From Octopus sinensis (taxonomy: Eukaryota): a stretch of 64,000 nucleotides of DNA. Positions 40,176 through 55,451 of the stretch are shown in pieces. The DNA lies in assembly GCF_006345805.1 (NCBI RefSeq), contig NC_043006.1:8184001-8248000 (forward strand). The letters run 5' to 3'. The number at the start of each line of letters is the position of its first letter. Position 1 is the first letter of the stretch. The notes under the pieces were generated by a model. The model was not told the DNA's origin and did not search any database. It saw only the letters and a program-made list of their open reading frames with translations. The position numbers and the translations under genes were made by a program.

Positions 40176-40392
40176 GTTAAGGCGATGAGCTGGCAGAGTC
40201 GTTAGCACGCCGAGAAGAATGTTTAGCGGCATTTCGTCCATCTTTCCGTTCTGAATTCAAATTCCGCCGGGGTCGACTTTGCCTTTCATCCTTTCGGGGA
40301 GGATGAAATAAGTATCAGTTAACACTTAAATCGATGTTATCGACTAGTGCCCTCCCAGAAAATCTCAGGCCTTGTGCCTCTAGCAGAAAAGA
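40176..40392 (+). mobile_element. SINE family C
   Basis: TAAGGCGATGAGCTGGCAGA...AATTCCGCCGGGGTCGACTTTGCCTTTCATCCTTTCGGG; followed by (ATT)n/(GTT)n. Confidence 0.85.
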
Positions 40393-40398
40393 TTATTA

Positions 40399-40442
<44 letters not shown>

Positions 40443-40451
40443 GTTATTGTT

Positions 40452-40487
<36 letters not shown>

Positions 40488-43400
40488 ACTAAGTAGTCTT
40501 ATTTTTATCACGTGCTTTCACTACACTACCGAGCGCAGCTCTGTGTAACTTCAGTATTTGCTGTGATTTGTTCTTATGCTCTTATTTCTACTGTATTGAA
40601 TTGTTTTTGACGTAGGATGTGTGCGGTGCCCAGTAGCGCTATTTTCGGTATGTTATACTTGTTAGTTCTGTTTTTGTTATGTATTTGTCTGAATATTTTT
40701 TATCATACCTAATGCGCCTACTATGATATGAATTATTTCTGTTTTTAGACTCCACATTCGAGCGTAAAAGAAAATACGTAAATGTATTGCCTAATAAAGA
40801 GATTATCTGTTTGAGTGAGGCTGACCCAGGTTGATTTGAACCAATCTGGGACATGAAAATATCTGTGTCACCCAAAAATGGGACTTTGGCAAAACTAAGG
40901 AGAAGCACCACAGCAACACTAAAGAGTGGTGACATGATATTGATTCCAGCATACAACGGTTGTAGAATGGTCAAAATTAAAATATACGAGGTAGTATCAA
41001 AAGTATATATCTGCTTGCTTGTGTCGGCTATAGCATACGCAATTGACTTAGGCAGACAAAGGAAGCTGATGTTTATTTCCCACTGCAAAAAATAAAACCA
41101 CTTTGTCACCGACGCTCTTACCATTGCAGCACCATCAATAAGGCATTATTATCGACACCAGCAGCCATATCAGCAACATTTTCGAGAAACGTATCGTCAG
41201 AATGAACAGCAGCACCAACAGGAACACCAAGGAAAGCACATTCAATACCAGCAGCAGTCGCCAATGCTACATTCCAGAAAAAATGTATTATGCCACCGCA
41301 ACCTAAAGAGATCTCCTCCACACCACACATATCAACCAGACTATGAACACAGAAACACTCCGAATGCGAAACACCCTTCCCGAGGAATTCGATTTCCAGG
41401 AATCAGTAGAATGTTACTTTAAAATCTATAAAACTTATGCAAGAAACATACAACTAACCGAAACGAAATATTCGAAAGGGATGGGGAACTGCTGGGAGAT
41501 TAAAAACGGCCAACATTATAAAGAACTGTAAGTGGAGCTCACAAATTTCCAAATCGCCGGGAAACAAGCCCTTAGAGAAATAAGGCTGGTGTTTTATTCT
41601 CACATTCCTCCTCTCTTGCAAAACATGACCACACACATAATAGGAAGAATGAATGAACAAAAAGCATCACTTTGGGAGCCGGCCATCTACTCGATGACTT
41701 CATCTCACTAGGTATAGATGTAGAGACTAACAGCGAGAATTTCTGAATAGAACAGTTGTGTTGCTTCGGTAAGATTAAATCTCGGTGATTCAGACCATCT
41801 TTCTGCACCTGGAAAGTAAATATATGGTACAGGACTTCGGCATCAGTATAGACTATGTCTTCAGAATATTATCTGTTTATGCCTTGTCATTGGACGGATC
41901 TGTTATATTTTTTCCGACATCTAAATACCTTTCAAAAAATGCCCTGCTCTTTTGAGCTGATGGGTGTTGGGAACCGCATCTTGGTTGCACAAAAGAACGG
42001 TGTAAGGCTACCTGATATGTGAGAGGGATGCAATACCTTCGGCAACATGCTCTAATGTTTCGAAAATTCAACCAAGATAAGTAAGTGAGCCAGCCGCTCG
42101 GCACCTAAAGTGGGAGGTCCATGACGTACAACTGCGTTGTGGAAAGATAGACTGACTGGTCCGTTGAATAGTTCCTGGTCTGACTTGGTTCAGATTTTCA
42201 AGAGAAAAATCCTGGAAGAAAATGATGTGCAGGGTGGCCAGTGTCACTCAGAAATTAACCTACAGAAAACTCTGCTTTAAAGATCAGGCAGAGGTCACTT
42301 CCGTCATATTTTACTTTCCTGATCAATGTGCCTTGCCCCAGTTCACGTCTCACTTACTCTGAGGAGGGGGAGGTATCCCTGTGGTCACACATTTCGTTTG
42401 TTGTCAACACCTACTGAGTGGAAGGGCTGAATACACTGTGACAGATGATTTGCGAACGTGCACTAAGGCAGCGAGATTTGCGTGTTCATACGGTTCCCAA
42501 GGGTGGTCGAAGATTCTTAGCCTCTCTTTTCTCTCTTTGATTGAGCGGTTCTCCAAGATTTTCAACTCCTCATAATTCATTGTCTTCTTTAAACTTTTCA
42601 CATTTCTTTTTCTTTTTTTATTTCGCTGGATAAAATTATTTTAGGATAAATTCTTTTTAGGATCAATTATAAATTGAAGGAGAATTTAACTTGCGTTTCA
42701 TGGTCGTATCAAAATAAGAAGCAAGCAATTTTTTTAGAGTTTCAGATCAATCAAAATATAGTTAATCGAAGATGAAAGCTTCAGCCATTACCATGCCATT
42801 TTCAGGTTTTTAGAGGTATTTAAGAATGTATTATGTAATGCGTCATAACCATTTTTAAGCATTTTAAATGCGCATTTGTGAGATAAGCGGCCGCATAAAG
42901 GCTTTCGCGGTGATATGTGTATAGATGAGAAAAAAGCATGCTCAGCATCTAGGAATGCTTTTTAGCTAATTGGATTCATATCAATATGGGTAACTAAGTA
43001 TATTGATGAGAATATTGAAGAAGAAAGAGATATACCAGAGATGTGATTTTTTTAGAGTTTGATAACTACTTTTTGTAGCTCTTGATGTTTACTGGCCTCT
43101 CAGTATTAGGGAATATAATTTTTTTCGATATTTTTTTGTTTATTCACGTAGAAAAATACAGAGATTACGAAACTGGGTAATATATATATAATTTTTCAGT
43201 TGAAATTTTCTTAAAGAGACACTCAATGCCCCTTCCCCCAATTCGCCCACTTACCACCTATCCACTTTCTAAAGGCTACAAACTCCCAAAGTTTCACTTT
43301 CGTATGATGATTCACGCACGCGTAGAATTCTACTGAAATAGCAAACGTGAAAAATACCTGACCACCATCAGAGCACTGGACATGCTAGAAACAACATTCT

Positions 43401-43608
43401 GAATTCAAACGTCATGAATAGCGTTTAAAAGAAGAGACCAGTTAAACGAGCCACGGCGAAAAAGTGGATATGAGTGAAATATGCATGTGTGTGTGTGTGC
43501 GTGGGTGTGTGTGTGTGCGTGGGTGTGTGTGTAAGTACGCATATATGCATGTATAAGTAAATTTTCATGTGGGAGGTTGTCTGAGTACATACACCCACAA
43601 AATGAATA

Positions 43609-43779
43609 GGCGCAGGAGTGACTGTGTGGTAAGTAGCTTGCTAACCAAACACATGGTTCCGGGTTCAGTCCCACTGCGTGGCACCTTGGGAAAGCGTCTT
43701 CTGCTATAGCCCCGGGCCGACCAATGCCTTGTGAGTAGATTTGGTAGAGGGAAACTGAAAGAAGCCTGTCGTATATATG

Positions 43780-43822
<43 letters not shown>

Positions 43823-44046
43823 TTGTGTCTGTGTTTGTCCCCCTAGCATTGCTTGACAACCGATGCTGGTGTGTTTACGTCCCCGTCACTTAGCGGTTCG
43901 GCAAAAGAGACCGATAGAATAAGTACTGGGCTTACAAAGAATAAGTCCCGGGGTCAATTTGCTCGACTAAAGGCGGTGCTCTAGCATGGCCGCAGTCAAA
44001 TGACTGAAACAAGTAAAAGAGTAAAAGAGTAAAAGAGAAAGAGTAA
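43609..44046 (+). mobile_element. SINE family A, full length
   Basis: GGCGCAGGAGTG head through a (GAGTAAAA)n tail. Confidence 0.92.
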
Positions 44047-44197
44047 GCTTATCTGAAATGAATATGCCTATATGTATCACTAACGAAAAATAAACTAAAA
44101 TAATCGGCTTTTGTGCAGATTTGATACGAGTCTAGTATGGCTACTGATACATATAAGCATATTCATTTCAGATAAGATTATTCATTTTGCGTGTATG

Positions 44198-44246
<49 letters not shown>

Positions 44247-44944
44247 CTGTGTTTTCTATTATGTTACTACATATATCTAATATTTATGCGTGCTAATGTA
44301 TTTATACGTGAGTACGTTTGTACATATGGGTGTATGCGGCCGGATGTCCGTGCATAAGCTTCACAATGCGTGTGCACCTCGTACATCCGACTTCTTCACG
44401 AAAAGTGATCGCTCGAAGCTTGAAACGAACACTTAGCTCTTCTTAAAGCAGGAAATTAATTAATTTGTTGTCCTTTGTGGTTGTTGTTTTCGTTTCTAAT
44501 ACCCTTTAGATTTATTCCCAATGGCTGACGAAAACGCATTTCTCGATTAACCTCGGCTGATTTTGCATTATATTACCACACAAAAATGAATGCAAACTTG
44601 TTGATTTTAACATGAGGAGGTATATTGAATCCCTTCTCCTTCTATACCAAGCCTGCCTGAAAACATATATAAACTTTCATGCAGAACGTTCTCGGAAAAA
44701 GTGAATCCATATTTACCATATTACCAAGACGTAATACAAGCCCAGTGATAGAGCATAGACTTGGATCATTTCAGTAGGCCATTGCTTGGCAATCTACTTT
44801 ATATTATTTTGCTACAGCAAAGATTAAAGTCTTAACTCACTTAGAAACACCAGTGCACTCCCTGTCATGTTCCATGCGGAGTGCCGACGTCCGAAAGTTA
44901 AATCATCACTTTCGGTCTATCTTTACCACACACCACACACACAG

Positions 44945-44949
<5 letters not shown>

Positions 44950-44979
<30 letters not shown>

Positions 44980-45165
44980 CACACGCTCTCTCACTCTCCG
45001 CCTCTCACTCACCTTATCTCTTTCGTGAAAGGGAAACCTTCGCTGGATTAAATGCGCATACACAATCACGCGCGCACACAAGGATGTATTGATTCGACTA
45101 AAAAATACGCACACACATATATTTACATGTCTATGCCCACACTTGGGTATAGAAATTTATTGTCA

Positions 45166-45204
<39 letters not shown>

Positions 45205-45385
45205 CACTAACACCCTAACACACGCTCACTCTTCTCCTCTTTCTTGTCTTCTTGCTGAAAGGAAACTTCCGCTAGATTAGATGCACGCAAACAACCGCGC
45301 GCGCGCACAGAGGTATGGATTCGACTCAGAAATACGCACACATATGTTTACACGTGTATGCGCATGCCTGGGTACAGACCTTGGT
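44950..45385. repeat. Diverged tandem dimer, about 230-bp unit
   Basis: Both units read (CA)n-CTAACAC...GAAAGG.AAC...CGCT.GATTA.ATGC...GCGCGCAC...GATTCGACT...AATACGCACACA...TGGGTA.AGA. Confidence 0.7.
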
Positions 45386-45648
45386 TTTCAATATACTCAC
45401 GTGCGCATGCTTATATGCAGATGACTGTGGATGCGTATTTACATTCGTATGTATATGTTTATGCATTCATGTATTTATAGGTTTTTTTTTCAATTACTGT
45501 TATTGTTTTTTTTTTAAATACGTTTTCCATTCAGTTTTTTTTATAGCTTCTTTATCTCCATTTGTGGATTTTTACATTACTGTATTTTTTCCATAATTGC
45601 TATTACGAACACCATCTATGATAATTTTATTTGTCACCCCTACTGATA

Positions 45649-46043
45649 TCTTTATATATAAAACTGTAGTTGTGTGGGTGTCTGTCGCCTACGATTTAGA
45701 TTCCTAACTACTCCCACATTTTGCGGTGCAGTTTAACCAAAACCGGGTATCTTATAGTCGTGATTCATATCGAGCCCTTCTGGGTATTAGCGCGCGTCTA
45801 CGATGAGTCTACGATTTAAAAAATAGTTTAACATAATTTTTTCCATTTTAACGCATATTTTTAAATAAAGGGAAGTAACTCTCTAAAAATGTCTACGATG
45901 AGTCAACGATTTAAAAAAAAATTTACCATAATTTTTTTTTCGATTTTTAATGCATTTTTTGCTATTTTTTGGCTATAACTCTCTAAAAATGCTTTATAGT
46001 TATTTCCCTTACAAACCGGAGCAACGCCGGGCGATACTGCTAG
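45649..46043 (+). mobile_element. Non-autonomous Helitron, complete
   Basis: A/TC start (ATCTTTATATATAAAA), 3' hairpin GAGCAACGCCGGGC and CTAG/T end at 46040-46043; no TSD. Confidence 0.8.
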
Positions 46044-46963
46044 TTTTAACTAAAATTCGATTCGCATTATCGCCAATAATATACGTAAAACTTGGAACAT
46101 CAAGAGAAAGTAATTGCCGTACTATTTTCTGAGGAATTAATAATGTCTGAGGTAATGCAGACGGTATTCCTTTCAAGTCCTTACAAAAGGTTAATATGGT
46201 ATTTCTCGTACATCTATGTATCCTCTTCTAGCAAGGGATCTTGGTTAAAAGAAATACACAGCGGTGAATGAATCAGTGATAAGAAAGACTACATATATTA
46301 GTCCTATCATTGTTGCCATTTCGGAGCAATTTTAAAACTTTTCTCTTTATTTGCATTTGTGTCGCTGTATACGTATGTGTGTGTGTACAGAGGGCGAGGG
46401 GTATTTGAGGACATTTCGTTTTTTTGTGTTTTCTTGTTTGGATTAACTTTATATATATATATGAAAGCGTGTGTCTGTGACTGTGAGTGTAAAACTATCG
46501 AGATTTATCTTTCTAATCTGTCTTTTATATATAAAAGATGCTGGCCTTACTCGCAACCGAGCTTTTACAAGCTTTCCCTAACGATTTTCAATGACAAGGT
46601 AGTCGCAAATGGACATAGACAAGCAATCGTCTCACGCAAACTTGAATCAGCAGATGATAGTGTATGGGACAGTTAGATTGGAAACAATCTGCAGCGGAAC
46701 TGCGCTGGTTATTATGTACAGTGAAAGAGGCTGAGGCAAATATAGTGCCTTGCTCACAGAAACGCGCGAGAGCCACTTCAAGAATGGATGATAAGCAACT
46801 CAACAATTTGGTCGTGTGTGTTCGTGCCTCAACCTGTACATGTGCGTTTGCCTGTGTTTAAGGTCGATGTGTACATGTTATGTAGAAAGAGAGATGTTAA
46901 GCAAGGAAAGAGGCAGGAAGAGAGATAGACAGTCAGACAGACAAACAGACCGATAAAGAATTT

Positions 46964-47198
<235 letters not shown>

Positions 47199-50084
47199 AA
47201 GTCTTAAGCCGCGCATTAAATCACTACCGGAAGTAGTAAATGACATCCATATGCTACATGCCGAGGGAAGATTGACCTAGCAATTCATCGGACATGTGAT
47301 TAACTTTAAATTAACAATAAATGTGTAAGAGTTCTTGTCTTAGTTTGTAGATGGAAACACACATAAGTCTCCTAATTGATTCATGTGTACAAATTACCTT
47401 TAAAGCATGACAGTAATGGCATAAATAGTGTACAGCGTTCGGCTATTGTGCTCAGATAACCTGACATAATGAGATGAGGATGCATTGTGGTTAGCTGTTA
47501 GCGAATATAATCTGCTTAACATTCTAATACTTATTCAGGTTTACCTTGTCAAACACATGGTCAATTCTCTCTTTCCCAATGCATTTCTCTATTTCTACTA
47601 GTCCTCCACTCTGCTTTCATGAATCACATGAACACAGTTATATACGTATTTTATGCATGTATTACACATATACATACATATGTGTGCGTGAGTGTGTATG
47701 TATGTATGTGTGTATGTATGTATGTATGTATGTATTTACCAATAACAGTTAAGCTTCGTGCAATGGCCATACTCGATAAAGAGGGGGCAGCCATCATGTA
47801 TGTATGTATGTATGTATGCATGTATGTATATATGTATGTATGTATGCATGCTTATATGTATGCATGTATATGTGTGTATGTATGTATATATGTGTGTTTG
47901 TGACTGTATGTGTATTTCGAAAACAGCTTTGCTTTGAGGCTTGTATCTATATCATACCTGTTCTCGTTTCATCATGTATATCTTTGTTATCTTATTTCTT
48001 CTCAATTATATTTTGTGAGTTCTTTACAATTTGTTTGGGGACATAAAATTTCTAAGACTATCATCATCATTTAAAATCCTCAAAAGTCTTCCTCAAACAT
48101 AATATCGGGACGGACTGTTACCTCTGTGAATTAGCATTGTTGTTAAAGGCTAATGTTCTAATGGTTAGGATGTTGCACTCTGTATCGTGAGATCGTGATT
48201 TCAATTCCTGCCCCAAGTGATAAACTGATTTCTTGAACAAACTACTTCATCTCACATTGCTCTGGGGTCACTTCGGCACTTAGGGTGTGGTACATCGTGC
48301 ACCTCTTTAGGCAACTTTAATTAGTGAATGGGCTAATATACAGAAGAGTAACAACTTGTTAAGCAAGAAATTACAGATCTGTCTTTCTCGGAACACGAGA
48401 GACTACCATCATCATTACTGTTAAGTTTAATGCTATTGCTATATACTTTAAAACCAGAATATTTGACTTTCGAACGTTAGATATATTATTTAATATAGGT
48501 GTAAACTTTCACATTGCAAAGCATATATGCTAAGTTCAAAATTTTCCCCTCTTCAGATTGTGCTTCGTTTCCAGTCGAGGTGTAGTGCCTTTCAACTGTT
48601 TTTGATTTAAGTGCATAAACATTATCTAGGGTATAAGTTCACTATAAGTTCCCTATAATACATATAGGGCTTTGTAGGCGAGAAGCTTCATATTTGCAGT
48701 ACAATACGTTTACTTATTTTGTTATTAAAATCTCTGACTCATTCCTGCGCTGTTTTTTACCACTACAAACGTTTCAAGATTTATTGTTTCTATATCATAT
48801 GAATTAATCGTTAATGGTTTTGTTCCGCTGCAATTGATGTTCCACTTCGTGAGTTTATGATTTCTCCATTCTATAATTAGCACTTATTTGCTTCATATGG
48901 GCATGCAGGTATTTAAAATTACGACTTGACCTGCATAGTTACGAACCTACCTTTGGCATGGCATAGTATCCATTGAGACATCCTGCCAGGGATACGGTGA
49001 GGTTATGGGAGTGCAGCAAGGGGTATCGTGAAGAGACAGTAGAACGGCTCAAACTGAGCCAACGGTGCTACTTACATTGATGCTGAGAATTTAGAAGATC
49101 AACGGTCAGAATCACCAAACCCTATCAAGTAAGAAACTGCAACGCATCCAGTGGGGTGACGTCCATACTTGCGTAACCAGCGAAAAGAAAGATTCGAAAT
49201 GAATCAAGCTCCCAATTCAAATTCATTATAATGGAATTGGATGGCGACAGAGAGTCATGGGAATCCATGAAAGCAGCGGTAATATCGTAATTCCATTTAT
49301 TGTGGTACCCTCTTACAAGCTTACTGTAAAACCAAATACACTTCATCATGAGGCTGAGACTGTGAAGCTTCAGTATCTTTGATGTGTTGGTTAAAAAGTT
49401 AAGAAATCCAAGCAAATTGCAAGAAATACACACGAACGTGTGCGAAACATTTGTCTGGTACACAAAATTAGAACAAATTCTTGTATACTATACTATACAA
49501 ATGCGCGTGTGCAGACACACATACACACATACACACATACACACAAGGAGTCAAAAACATACATGGACACAAAATATTCTTATGTGTATGTGAGTGTATA
49601 AGTGCACGAGTGTGTGTATAAGTGAGTGTGTTCGTGTACGTGCATGTGTATCGTGTGTGAGTGTGTAAAGACACATTGATTAATACATACGCATATATGT
49701 CACCGATATGATTTAAGAAAAGAGTTCGGCGAGGAAGCGAACATCACAGGATAAAGAATAAATTAGATTAAATACATATTTGAAAAAAATATGGCATCAA
49801 AGAGCACGAAACTCGAAAAGGACAAGGAATAAGTAATTCTGAGCGTAAGCAAAATATCAAGGAACGTTAATTTACATATTGTTTGCAATTCTCAACAGAG
49901 AAAATGGTACAATCAATATAATGTTCGTTGGAAGAGTGGCATGATGCAAATACGCTGTTTTGTATATCAGATTTTATTGACGAGGAGTGTATAGAAGATC
50001 TATTTGTACAATTGCAAATGTTGGCATTATTTTCGTTCGTGTATTTGCTGACTGCAAAATATATATTCTTGGAGGTGATATATC

Positions 50085-50113
50085 TATCTATTCATCCATC
50101 CATCCATCCATCC

Positions 50114-50179
<66 letters not shown>

Positions 50180-50210
50180 ATATATATATATCAATCTATT
50201 TATCTATGTT

Positions 50211-50247
<37 letters not shown>

Positions 50248-50400
50248 ATATATATATATATATGTTTCTATCTATCTATATATCTATCTACACATATATA
50301 TATGTACAAATAAATAAATATATATATATATACAAATAAATAAATATATATATATATATATATACAAATAAATATATATATATATACAAATAAATATATA
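50085..50400. repeat. (CATC)n/(TATC)n tract followed by TACAAATAAA-(TA)n units
   Basis: Directly visible. Confidence 0.9.
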
Positions 50401-50645
50401 TGTAGATAGATAGAACGTGACGATCACACGTTACACACGTTTCTTCCAAGCACTGGTGGAAACATCGGAAGTGAGAGAATGTTAAACCTTAGTGCACGTA
50501 TACAGCAGAGTTCAAAGTGAATCTATGTCAAGTGGCTTTTCTCTCCGTGCTTTAGCTTCGTTACTATGCAACAATCTGTATAACGTTTGATTAACCCACG
50601 TATATATACTTAGAAGTTGAAATGTATCACAATATGGCATCTGAC

Positions 50646-50690
<45 letters not shown>

Positions 50691-50760
50691 TGTGTGTGTG
50701 TGCTTAAGAGTACAAATATGTCACAATATGCCATATACGTATACTTATGCGTGTATATAC

Positions 50761-50792
<32 letters not shown>

Positions 50793-51055
50793 ATATATAT
50801 ATGTGTGTGTATATGTGTTTCAGTTAAAGCTACGGCTTTACAACTCCCAGAGTTATGTTTATTCAGTTTTTCCTATCAGTAACGGATAAAGAGCTAATAA
50901 ATCTGTATCTGGGAATCTGACATGGGCAACGCTGGGTCGATATGGTGTTTTTACCCCATCTACCATAAGAGCAAATTTTTACTCCCCTGTACCAGCTGTG
51001 AATTTCCCCTTAGGATTTGAAATGTCACAAATATTTTTAAAGTAAACTAAAAAAT

Positions 51056-51213
51056 AGGAGTGGCTGTGTGGTAAGTAGCTTGCTAACCAACCACATGGTT
51101 CCGGGTTCAGTCCCACTGCGTGGCACCTTGAGCAAGTGTCTTCTGATATAGCCCCGGGCCGACCAATGCCTTGTGAGTGGATTTGGTAGACGGAAACTGA
51201 AAGAAGCCCGTCG

Positions 51214-51249
<36 letters not shown>

Positions 51250-51458
51250 GGTTTGTGTGTCTGTGTTTGTCCCCCAGCATTGCTTAACAACCGATGCTGG
51301 TGTGTTTACGTCCACGTAACTTAGCGGTTCGGCAAAATAGATCGATAGAATAAGTACTGGGCTTACAAAAGTATAAGTCCCGGGGTCGAGTTGCTCGATT
51401 AAAGGTGGTGCTCCAGCATGGCCACAGTCAAATGACTGAAACAAGTAAAAGAGTAAAG
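51056..51458 (+). mobile_element. SINE family A, near full length
   Basis: Collinear with 43609-44046. Confidence 0.92.
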
Positions 51459-51484
51459 AGAGAGAGAGAGTAATATATATATAC

Positions 51485-51515
<31 letters not shown>

Positions 51516-52084
51516 GGGTAGAGAGAGCTTGTGCGTGTGTGGAAAGGTAATATCCAGGGATAAAGGTATAGGAAGTTAGGGGTCTTCAAGCAATCCGTAG
51601 AAGAAAACTTTCAGGAAAAATAGTGTTTTATTGGCGCAGAAATGTTGCGAAGTTTTCCCGTACTGAAGTACCATAAACTGAAAAAACTTAATTTCATAGT
51701 TCACGGTTAGCGTCAGAGGTTGTTGTATATGGGAATAAGTGTCCCAAATTTAAGGAATAGAGTAGATAAATTCCATGCATTTCGACCGAACCCCCAACGA
51801 ATTATCGACTATCTGCTAAGGATAATGTAGACTTCATGAATCAAAGTATACTTGACCTGAAGTGTAGCATGCTGTCTACTCCTCGTTTGGATAATTTACT
51901 ACTTTCGGAATTCCGCTTGCCATGAAACGTATGTAGCATGGATTTTATCTACAGTACTCCCTAATTTTGTGCCCGTATATATATATATATGCACACACAT
52001 ACACACACATATATGTAGGGAGAGGGAGAAATAGAGAGAAAGAGATGGAGAGCTAATTCGGTAGATAGGTAGATAAAAATGTGT

Positions 52085-52365
<281 letters not shown>

Positions 52366-52989
52366 TAACCATATTTAAAAAACTACTAATACGAATTTAT
52401 ATCCTGAAATTTCTGAAATGATTAACCCCGAAAATCATAGAATATTTTCAGACAATATGTTGCTATTGCTCCGAATGCGCTAAAGACAATTTCTTTTTAA
52501 AACAGTGAATCGGATCAATACACTGATAAGCTGCTATTTTCAGCTTGTTATCTCCTTTAAGAAATGTTACGTCCAGATCTTTTGTTTGGTTCTAGCGTGT
52601 TACATCGTGTCACCACGCTCATTACAGGGTCTTGCTTTCATAGCCATAAATTAAGATAAGTCTAAGCAATAATGTCCTGGTATTACAAAGGTGTCAGATA
52701 TATTTAAACATGGCGATTGTGAAAAAGCAAATACTTGGTGTGACTTTGTAATGGATGAAACCTTGTGAACAATTATAAAAAAATAGGTAATATGGAAAAA
52801 ATGAAATCCGCATGAATTTAATGCGCAGCTTCTGAAAGCAACTTGTGTTTATGAATCAAATAAAGTGTATTTTGCCTACTAGATAAGGCTACGTAGACTG
52901 TTGTTCTTCAGAACTTTATTTCTTCCACAAAGGCGGACACATATGGAGACACGGATCCACATATATAAAGATGCACATCCATACATACA

Positions 52990-53491
52990 AACATGGTACA
53001 TAGTTGCATAACATAGACACACAGACATGCACACACAAGGAGACAGAGGTGCATACATAAACAAACACGTGCTCACACCCACATACATAGAAAATACACA
53101 AAGAAGGACATGCATGCACATAAATATACAGGATACGTACATACAGATGCATGCGTATACATACATATATACATACATACACATATATACATACATACAC
53201 ATATATACATACATACACATGCAAACACACACATACATACATACGTACATGCATGCATGTATAGGCACACACACACACATACACACACTGACCCACACAC
53301 ATGCGCACAAACAAACAAAAGGGAACGCAGTGTAAATAACGGACAGAGTCAAAACTATTGAAAAGGTTGCAAGGCTCAAAGAAAATTTTAGGAAAATAAA
53401 AATAAGAAAAAACAAGTGGAAATTTTACCGGTGAGTGTGTTAAATGATAAGGCACAAAAAGAAAATGACTCTCCCCAGACACAACAGAATA
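52990..53491. repeat. Unclassified dispersed repeat, copy 2
   Basis: Homologous to 32243-32731, same orientation, offset 20760 in the identical block. Confidence 0.85.
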
Positions 53492-55451
53492 CCAAAGAAA
53501 CTGTTTTATATCTAAACTTCCATCAACGTCAGTCAGTGTTGGAGAATTTTTAATGGCAGCAAGAGTCCTAATACAATGCGATATCAAAACAAACATAGCC
53601 ACCCACAACGTAATCTAGTCTTAATCGAGATATAAACACCATCTATTCTATTTATAATCATATTTGAAGAGAGAGTGGCGCATCAATAAGGCTAAAGGGG
53701 GTGGGGCAGCCATGACTGGTGGAAAGCCGAGGTCATTGTTACAATAAATCCTACAAAATAAAACTGGACACTTTGAAATACAGAACTCAGCAACTATAAA
53801 TCTTGGTGACGATGAAATTTGGAATAATTCATTGTTGACAGGCAACTCTCCGCCTCCATATATATTCTTTTATATATGAATGTCGAAAGCGATTGATACA
53901 GGATGCATTGATCTCAGTCTAGATATTCATATAATTGACAATTATGCATTATCGTGTGAGATATTTTTGTACACTAATTGATTAATGCTGACATACTGTA
54001 GGAGATAATGTAATTTCATCATAGCAAGCCAACACAAATATTAAAAAAGGAATTAACTAAATAGTTTTTTTTTCTATACTCGAATGATAAAATTGCTCAT
54101 GGAACCAATAACAATTTAATTAAATATCGGATAATTTCCTGGATCTATTTACGTTTTTTGTCTTGGTTTTTTTTTCTGTGAGTGCTCACCCTCATATAAA
54201 TAGCATTTCTTTTTTGCATAGATAATGACGGGATTGTAACAGAGTCCCTTGTGGCATTCTCGAGGACAAGTGTCCATTCAAGATTTCAGCTTTGATGTTT
54301 TATCGATTACTTGACATATATATTCTATCGTCACTACAGACGAATTATCTTCAGGGCTTGGGAATTTTATTTCAGTAACTTTTCTTGTATCAAATATCAA
54401 CTCGTGTAAGAAAATTTCCTATGGAGATTTCACAACGAAAGATCCAATATCGTTCAATCACCCACGTAATTACAAGGCATATGCCTAAAAAAAAGTGCTA
54501 AACTTTGATTTAAACTTCATCTTTGTGATAACCGGTCTTTGTGTAGGCAGCTCTGAAAATAAACTCTAGTATCGTAGTTAGGTTCAAGTATACACGTATA
54601 CAAAAAGTAATAGGGATTTGTGCGGTTCGATATACGATTGTACATAAATGATACTATTTTGCCAAGATTCGAGATGTGAAGACACAACTCCGGTGGAAGA
54701 TTTATTTACATAAAGAAGGACATCTAAATACTACAAGGTACTCTAAAGAATATACAACTCAGATTACTTGTTTGAAACTAAACAGTAATTATAATGTACT
54801 AAATTCCTCCAATGTATTTTAAAGGGAATATTTATTGAAATTACTAAAATGCTGATCCCATCTAAATTTCGTCTTGAAGACATCTTTTAAGCACTCGGTT
54901 ACTGCTATATTATTAATAGGTAAATTTTCATAAAATCCTATAATTATGTCAATGTATGGATCGACTCACCCATACAATACTGTGAAAGTTTACCTTGAAC
55001 TTTATATATGTTCTCTAATGTAAATCCCTGATATATTTTGCTACACCATTTCAAAATGAACTCAGTGTATTTTATATAGAAGATACAAAACCAACATAAA
55101 GTTTCAGATAATTCCTAAACGGAGTATATTGATTTTCATCGTTCCGTACACGCATCACTCTACCCACTGCTATCGACGAAATACGAGAATATTTGGGATA
55201 GCATTTAATTAATAGTATATGTTTTATTTCATGTGCCCACTTAGCCAACATTTCTACAGTCATTCTGTTTCTACGAATGATATAATGCATTTTACATGTA
55301 CACCAATTATTTACTGTTATTCATCGTAAAAATTCACAAAATATCCAAGAAAGAAAGATTCACAGATGATTTCTGTCGTCATTTTATGCCAGGAGTAAAT
55401 ATTTCCTGTTAGGAGAATTAAGTAAAAAGTGATTCGATTTTTTTTTTAATA

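Noticed and set aside
49125-49463. ORF containing YDITAAFMD, reminiscent of an RT motif
   Set aside because: Single short word with no other RT motifs in register.
50420-50470. Minus-strand CCGATG...GAAAC hammerhead-like words
   Set aside because: A9 is missing and there is no stem I.
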